From: Bacillales bacterium UBA3566
Lineage (GTDB): Bacteria; Bacillota_I; Bacilli_A; Izemoplasmatales; Izemoplasmataceae
DNA: 64,000 nt
Direction: 5' to 3'
Assembly (NCBI GenBank): GCA_002376065.1
Contig: DFNN01000135.1
Span: forward strand, 1,339-65,338
Under the pieces are notes generated by a model, which saw only the letters and a list, made by a program, of their open reading frames with translations, was not told the origin of the DNA and made no database searches. The translations under genes and the position numbers were made by a program. This document shows, piece by piece, positions 59,769 through 64,000 of this stretch; position 1 is the stretch's first letter, and each line of letters begins with the position of its first letter.

Positions 59769-60062
59769 AATCTTCTCCTTACTGAAATATTATTTTAGAT
59801 TCCAAACAATTATAACATAATTGTAATTTTTTATAAAGTCTATGAGAAGAAAATTCCAGTTAATTTTTAAACTTTATAAATAAAAATAAAGGCTTTTGTA
59901 AGGCCATTTAAAGAATCAAAAAAGAAGAATTTCGCCTTTACAATTATGAACAAAATATAATATATAATAATTCTTAATAATAATTATGAGATTTTTCAAT
60001 TCATAGTTGAGTTTTCTTGGAGTGTATTGTATGATAAGAATATCAAAAATGAGGTGAATCTG

Positions 60063-60665
60063 ATGTATCTAAATCAAAAGGATGGGTGGATAGAGGTCAT
60101 AAGTGGACCGATGTTTGCTGGGAAAACAGAAGAATTATTAAGACGTGTAAAAAGACTTGAGTATGCACGTAAAAATATTGTTGTATTTAAACCCCTAATC
60201 GACAATCGATTTAGTGAGGGAGAAGTAGTATCGCATAATAATAATCGAACAAAATCTGTCAATATATCAAAAGCAATTGATATATTTAAGTATGTAGATA
60301 AAACAACAGATGTTGTTGCGATTGACGAAGTACAGTTTTTGGATGAAGAAGCTGTTTCAATAATTGAATATTTAGCAAATCAAAAAAAACGAGTAATTGT
60401 GAGCGGATTAGATCGTGATTTTCGTGGAGAGCCATTTAGCTTTATGCCGAAGTTGTTGTCGATTGCTGAATATGTTACTAAACTGACAGCAATTTGTGTC
60501 AAATGTGGTTCTCCTGCAACTAGAACTCAAAGAATGGTCAATGGGAAACCAGCCAAGTATAATGATCCAATTGTTTTAATTGGAGCAGAAGAATCATACG
60601 AGGCTAGATGTAGAAGCTGTCATAAAGTTTATAAGAAACCACGTCCATATAAGGATGTGTTGTAA
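60063..60665 (+). CDS. tdk: thymidine kinase
   Basis: GPMFAGKTEELLRR P-loop, IDEVQF, and zinc ribbon CVKCGSPA...CRSCH. ATG at 60063 follows the GAGGTG RBS. Confidence 0.95.
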   Translation: MYLNQKDGWIEVISGPMFAGKTEELLRRVKRLEYARKNIVVFKPLIDNRFSEGEVVSHNNNRTKSVNISKAIDIFKYVDKTTDVVAIDEVQFLDEEAVSIIEYLANQKKRVIVSGLDRDFRGEPFSFMPKLLSIAEYVTKLTAICVKCGSPATRTQRMVNGKPAKYNDPIVLIGAEESYEARCRSCHKVYKKPRPYKDVL

Positions 60666-61111
60666 TGAATCATGAGAAATTCATGAAAATTGCTTTAAAA
60701 GAAGCGAAAAAAGCAGCAAAAAAAAAGGAAGTCCCAATCGGTGCAGTAATTGTAAAAAATGATAAAGTAATTGCAAAAGCCCATAATTTACGCGAAAAGT
60801 CAAATTTGGCTACAGGCCATGCTGAGTTATTAGCAATCCAAAAGGCTAATAAAAAGTTAAAGAGTTGGAGACTTGACAGGTGTACACTTTATGTTACAAT
60901 TGAACCGTGCCCAATGTGTGCAGGCGCAATTATTCAATCAAGAATAGGTAAACTTGTTTATGGTGCACAAGATTTAAAATCAGGAACTCATCAAAGTGTG
61001 GTAAATTTATTTGATAAAACATTTAATCACAAAGTAGATGTGGAATATGGTATTATGGAAGAAGAATGCGGACAAGTTGTCACAGAATTTTTCCGTAAAA
61101 TACGTAAATAA
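60665..61111 (+). CDS. tadA: tRNA adenosine(34) deaminase
   Basis: HAELLAI and PCPMCAGA CDA zinc motifs. 148 aa. Confidence 0.93.
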   Translation: MNHEKFMKIALKEAKKAAKKKEVPIGAVIVKNDKVIAKAHNLREKSNLATGHAELLAIQKANKKLKSWRLDRCTLYVTIEPCPMCAGAIIQSRIGKLVYGAQDLKSGTHQSVVNLFDKTFNHKVDVEYGIMEEECGQVVTEFFRKIRK

Positions 61112-61117
61112 CAATGG

Positions 61118-61232
61118 ATATCTCTTATCAATCATCCTCATCCAATAGGTCGTAATGAATCAGGTCAGATCGGGAACGAAGCAGCCTTAAGTTTTCTATC
61201 TATGTGGGTGGGGATGCTTGATAAGAGATGTT
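61118..61232 (+). ncRNA. ffs: signal recognition particle RNA, short (4.5S-type) form
   Basis: 5' ATCTCTTATCAA (61120) pairs with 3' TTGATAAGAGAT (61218). The conserved domain IV sequence CAGGTCAGATCG-GGAA-CGAAGCAGCC carries a GGAA tetraloop. T8 terminator directly follows. Lies downstream of tadA, as in Bacillus. Confidence 0.85.
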
Positions 61233-61298
61233 TTTTTTGACTTTTACATTATTATATAGTAATATTATTTAATAATAATATAAAAGGGAGAGTTGATT

Positions 61299-61562
61299 GT
61301 GGATAAAAGAGATATTTTGGCGACTATATCCAATAAAAACAGATATAAAATCATTCATGCTTTGTTAGAGTATGAACAGTTAAATGTATCTGAAATCATT
61401 GCTTTGACGAAACTAAAGCAAGCAAATACATCAAGACATTTAAAAATACTAACTGATAAAAAGATTATCAAAGGGTTTCAAAAGAAACACTTTGTTTTTT
61501 ATCGTATTCGAAAAGAGTTCTTATCGACTCATTATCAATTAATCAAGTATTTGATGATTTAA
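61299..61562 (+). CDS. ArsR/SmtB-family transcriptional regulator
   Basis: Winged HTH: NRYKIIHALLEYEQLNVSEIIALTKLKQANTSRHLKILTD. GTG at 61299 is better spaced from the GGGAG RBS than the track TTG at 61293. Confidence 0.65.
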   Translation: MDKRDILATISNKNRYKIIHALLEYEQLNVSEIIALTKLKQANTSRHLKILTDKKIIKGFQKKHFVFYRIRKEFLSTHYQLIKYLMI

Positions 61563-61619
61563 AATAGTTGATAATTTTGGGAAGAGGACGTATTATATAG
61601 TTTGGAGATGAGGTTAATA

Positions 61620-62399
61620 ATGAATAAAAAATATATATTTTTAGATTTGGATGGAACTTTAATTGATCATGAATCAAACGATATTCCAAAATCAACGGAA
61701 GAAGCGATAGAAAAGGCGCAAGCTGAAGGACATGAACTCTTTATTTGCACAGGACGGATTCCAGCTCTTTTTAAGGGGATTGAGAAGAGACTTAACATTC
61801 ATAATTATATTGCCGCAAATGGTAAATTGGTAGTGTTGCATGACAACATAATCCGTAATGAGTTCATGAATGAGGATTATGTTGATGAGTTTGTACAATA
61901 TATCTATCAAAAGAAAATTGATGTTGCTTTTGAGACGCCAGAAGCATATGTATTAAATTCTCATTTTAGTAGCATCACAGACAAATTTTTAGATACATTT
62001 CATCTAGGTATCACCAAAGTTCAAAAAGATTATCACAAAAAACATAAAGTCTATCAAATGAATTTAATGTATATAGGAGATTACTCAGATTTAGAAGATA
62101 AGTTTCCATATTTTCATTTCAGTCAAGCTAATGAATTTGGTTTAGATGTTGTGCAAGGAAATGGAATGAAAGAACAAGGTGTGAGAGCGGTGGTGGATCA
62201 ATTAAAGATAAATCTTGAAGATACTATTGCTTTTGGTGATGGGTATAACGATATTTCAATGATTGAATATGTTCATACTGGTGTCGCAATGGGAAATGCG
62301 AATGATGCATTAAAAGAGAAAGCAGACTTTGTTACGGATGATGTAACAAATGATGGTATATTCAATGCTTTTGTAAAATTAGGGTTAATAAAAAAATGA
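61620..62399 (+). CDS. Cof-type HAD-IIB phosphatase
   Basis: IFLDLDGTLI motif I, CTGR motif II, FGDGYNDISM motif IV. Confidence 0.85.
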   Translation: MNKKYIFLDLDGTLIDHESNDIPKSTEEAIEKAQAEGHELFICTGRIPALFKGIEKRLNIHNYIAANGKLVVLHDNIIRNEFMNEDYVDEFVQYIYQKKIDVAFETPEAYVLNSHFSSITDKFLDTFHLGITKVQKDYHKKHKVYQMNLMYIGDYSDLEDKFPYFHFSQANEFGLDVVQGNGMKEQGVRAVVDQLKINLEDTIAFGDGYNDISMIEYVHTGVAMGNANDALKEKADFVTDDVTNDGIFNAFVKLGLIKK

Positions 62400-62427
62400 T
62401 TCTTAAGTATCTAAAGAATCATTTTTT
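62391..62427. terminator. bidirectional terminator spanning both convergent stop codons
   Basis: AAAAAATGATTCTT / AAGAATCATTTTTT 14-bp stem with a 9-nt loop. Confidence 0.75.
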
Positions 62428-64000
62428 ATTGTGAAAGTAAAATATGCTCGAACAGCATTGTTGACATTATTGATGCCAAAATCGGCTTTATGGGCTTTTA
62501 AAATTTCTTTGACAAGATATAGCCCGATTCCACTTCCGATTTGTTTGTTGTCAGCATAATTCGTCTGTGTTCCACGATAGAATGGTAACCAAATATTATT
62601 GATTTCTTTGTTGTGAATGTTTACACCATAGTTTAAAATTTCGAAAGTAAATTCATTGGATGTTTTTGACAAATTTATTTGAATTTTTTCACCTTTTGGG
62701 GTGTATCTTACGGCGTTTGTGATAAAGTTTGAGATAACCCTCCTCACCAATTTTACATCCGCATCAATGTAGATATCCTCGCCAAAGAATTCAATAATCA
62801 AATCCTGCTTTTTGATGATTTGATCAAAATCATTGAGAAGACGTTTCACTTCGCTTGTTATATTGAATTCTGATATATCTAATAACGTTTCTGAGTCATC
62901 TAATCGATAAATTTGTAACATATCTTGAATCATCATTGATGACTTATTTATTTCTGATAAAACAGTAGACAGTTCTTCTTTCATATCCTTTTCATCAATG
63001 ACACCATCAGAAATACCTTGTATAATGACTTGGATAATCATTAATGGGGTTTTTAGCTCGTGAGATATTGATGAAACAAGGCGTTTCTTTAATTCTACTT
63101 GTTTTGATTGTTCTTCATATAGTTGAGTCAATTCTTCATTTTTATTATTTAAAGTATCTAGTGCGTTCTTTAAGTTTTTCGATATTAAGTTGATACTATT
63201 TGATAAAGAGGCATTTTCTTTGTTGTTGTATTCATTCGCCGTGACATCGAATTTTAAATTTGCAATGTCTTTTGCGACTGTTTCAATATTTTGAATTGGT
63301 TTTGATATAATCGAAGACAATCGGAAACTCCATAAAAAGATGATTGCGATGGCTGTTAAATATACGTAATAGTTATATTGGGATACGATGTTAATAATAG
63401 ATCCTGTATCTTCAATTGGGACAATTGTGATGATGTAATCCCAGTTCTTTAGTTCGTGAATAAAGACCAAAGTATCAATCGCATTATCTGTTGATTTATA
63501 CCAATATCCATCAGAATATTGATGTTCTGAAAAATCAATATAACCATTGGCTAGTTTTGAAAGTTCGGTTTGCACAATGGTATTATCTGAAAATTGATAG
63601 TTCAGATTATTCGGTCGACTTATTTCAGTAACTACTCCGGTAATTTCCAAACAGGAGTTATCGAGACAAGGAGTACTGTTTTGATAAACAAATATACCGT
63701 TACGTTGAATCTCGTAAGGATAATAATACTCTTCGTTATAAAGTGATAACTCGATTGAAAGAGTTTCTTCAAGGTTAAATTCTAATGTATTATTAGGTAT
63801 TAGTAGGGTATATTCAACATCGTTATTTGCCGTGATGTTTATGGTATAGTCTGTGTAAGAAGATTCGAGAATTCGAAATGTTTTTGTTGTGATAATTGAG
63901 TAAACATTTTTTGAAGTGACAAAGCCATACATCTCTTCAAAATAGTCATTATCCGATTTGTTCATTTGTTCAACATAAGTTAAGATTGATTCATTGACAT
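62403..64000 (-). CDS. sensor histidine kinase, 5' end probably beyond the window
   Basis: HAMP-like segment, H-box SHELKTPL, N-box ISNFITNAVRYT, G2 GSGIGLYL. The track starts at ATG 63965, but the frame stays open to position 64000 and no N-terminal TM helix is present. The real start is therefore probably upstream of the window. Confidence 0.8.
   Translation of the reverse strand, partial: VNESILTYVEQMNKSDNDYFEEMYGFVTSKNVYSIITTKTFRILESSYTDYTINITANNDVEYTLLIPNNTLEFNLEETLSIELSLYNEEYYYPYEIQRNGIFVYQNSTPCLDNSCLEITGVVTEISRPNNLNYQFSDNTIVQTELSKLANGYIDFSEHQYSDGYWYKSTDNAIDTLVFIHELKNWDYIITIVPIEDTGSIINIVSQYNYYVYLTAIAIIFLWSFRLSSIISKPIQNIETVAKDIANLKFDVTANEYNNKENASLSNSINLISKNLKNALDTLNNKNEELTQLYEEQSKQVELKKRLVSSISHELKTPLMIIQVIIQGISDGVIDEKDMKEELSTVLSEINKSSMMIQDMLQIYRLDDSETLLDISEFNITSEVKRLLNDFDQIIKKQDLIIEFFGEDIYIDADVKLVRRVISNFITNAVRYTPKGEKIQINLSKTSNEFTFEILNYGVNIHNKEINNIWLPFYRGTQTNYADNKQIGSGIGLYLVKEILKAHKADFGINNVNNAVRAYFTFTIKNDSLDT

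Noticed and set aside
59769-60026. Rex (redox repressor) operator upstream of the hyd-like operon.
   Set aside because: No TTGTGAA-N(4-6)-TTCACAA-like inverted repeat is found. The only clear palindrome (59806-59824) has the opposite half-site orientation (ACAA...TTGT).

Overview
AT-rich (about one-third G+C by eye), gene-dense chromosomal segment, about 60 CDS plus one ncRNA. It comes from a Firmicutes/Mollicutes-lineage anaerobe that uses the standard code: TGA is a stop, for example in the ATGA overlaps at 6640 and 51588. Lineage markers are the RNAP delta subunit (rpoE), the tilS-hpt-ftsH and tadA-ffs gene orders, a short 4.5S-type SRP RNA, many lipoproteins, and a Mycoplasma-like pairing of a surface nuclease with an ABC transporter. 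Housekeeping genes include mnmE, dnaX-ybaB-recR, pyrG, tldD/pmbA, fba, cysE, cysK, lysS, ftsH, hpt, tilS, maf, rpmE, tdk and tadA. No rRNA, tRNA, CRISPR array, IS element or prophage was seen. Two regions stand out. (1) Positions ~7.9-29.3 kb form a phosphate and nucleic-acid scavenging super-locus. It holds a CUT1-type ABC importer fused in one block to three staphylococcal-nuclease (SNase) lipoproteins and a 979-aa multi-OB-fold lipoprotein. These are followed by two DHH/DHHA1 (NrnA-like) phosphoesterases, a Na/Pi symporter, a PhoP-like regulator, pstSCAB-phoU and a PhoR-like kinase. PhoP-box-like TTAACA/TTAAGA direct repeats with 11-bp spacing sit upstream of three of these units. (2) Positions 52.9-59.8 kb hold a HydABC-type 'bifurcating [FeFe]-hydrogenase' operon. 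Its HydA homologue keeps all N-terminal Fe-S cluster motifs but has lost every cysteine of the H-cluster site, so it appears to be a pseudo-hydrogenase. Embedded in the operon are two GHKL ATPase-only proteins, two DRTGG proteins and a PHP phosphoesterase. Other features are a B. subtilis-type reiterative-transcription attenuator in the pyrG leader and a GGDEF/HD-GYP protein. All functional calls rest on motif recognition by eye; no database search was possible.
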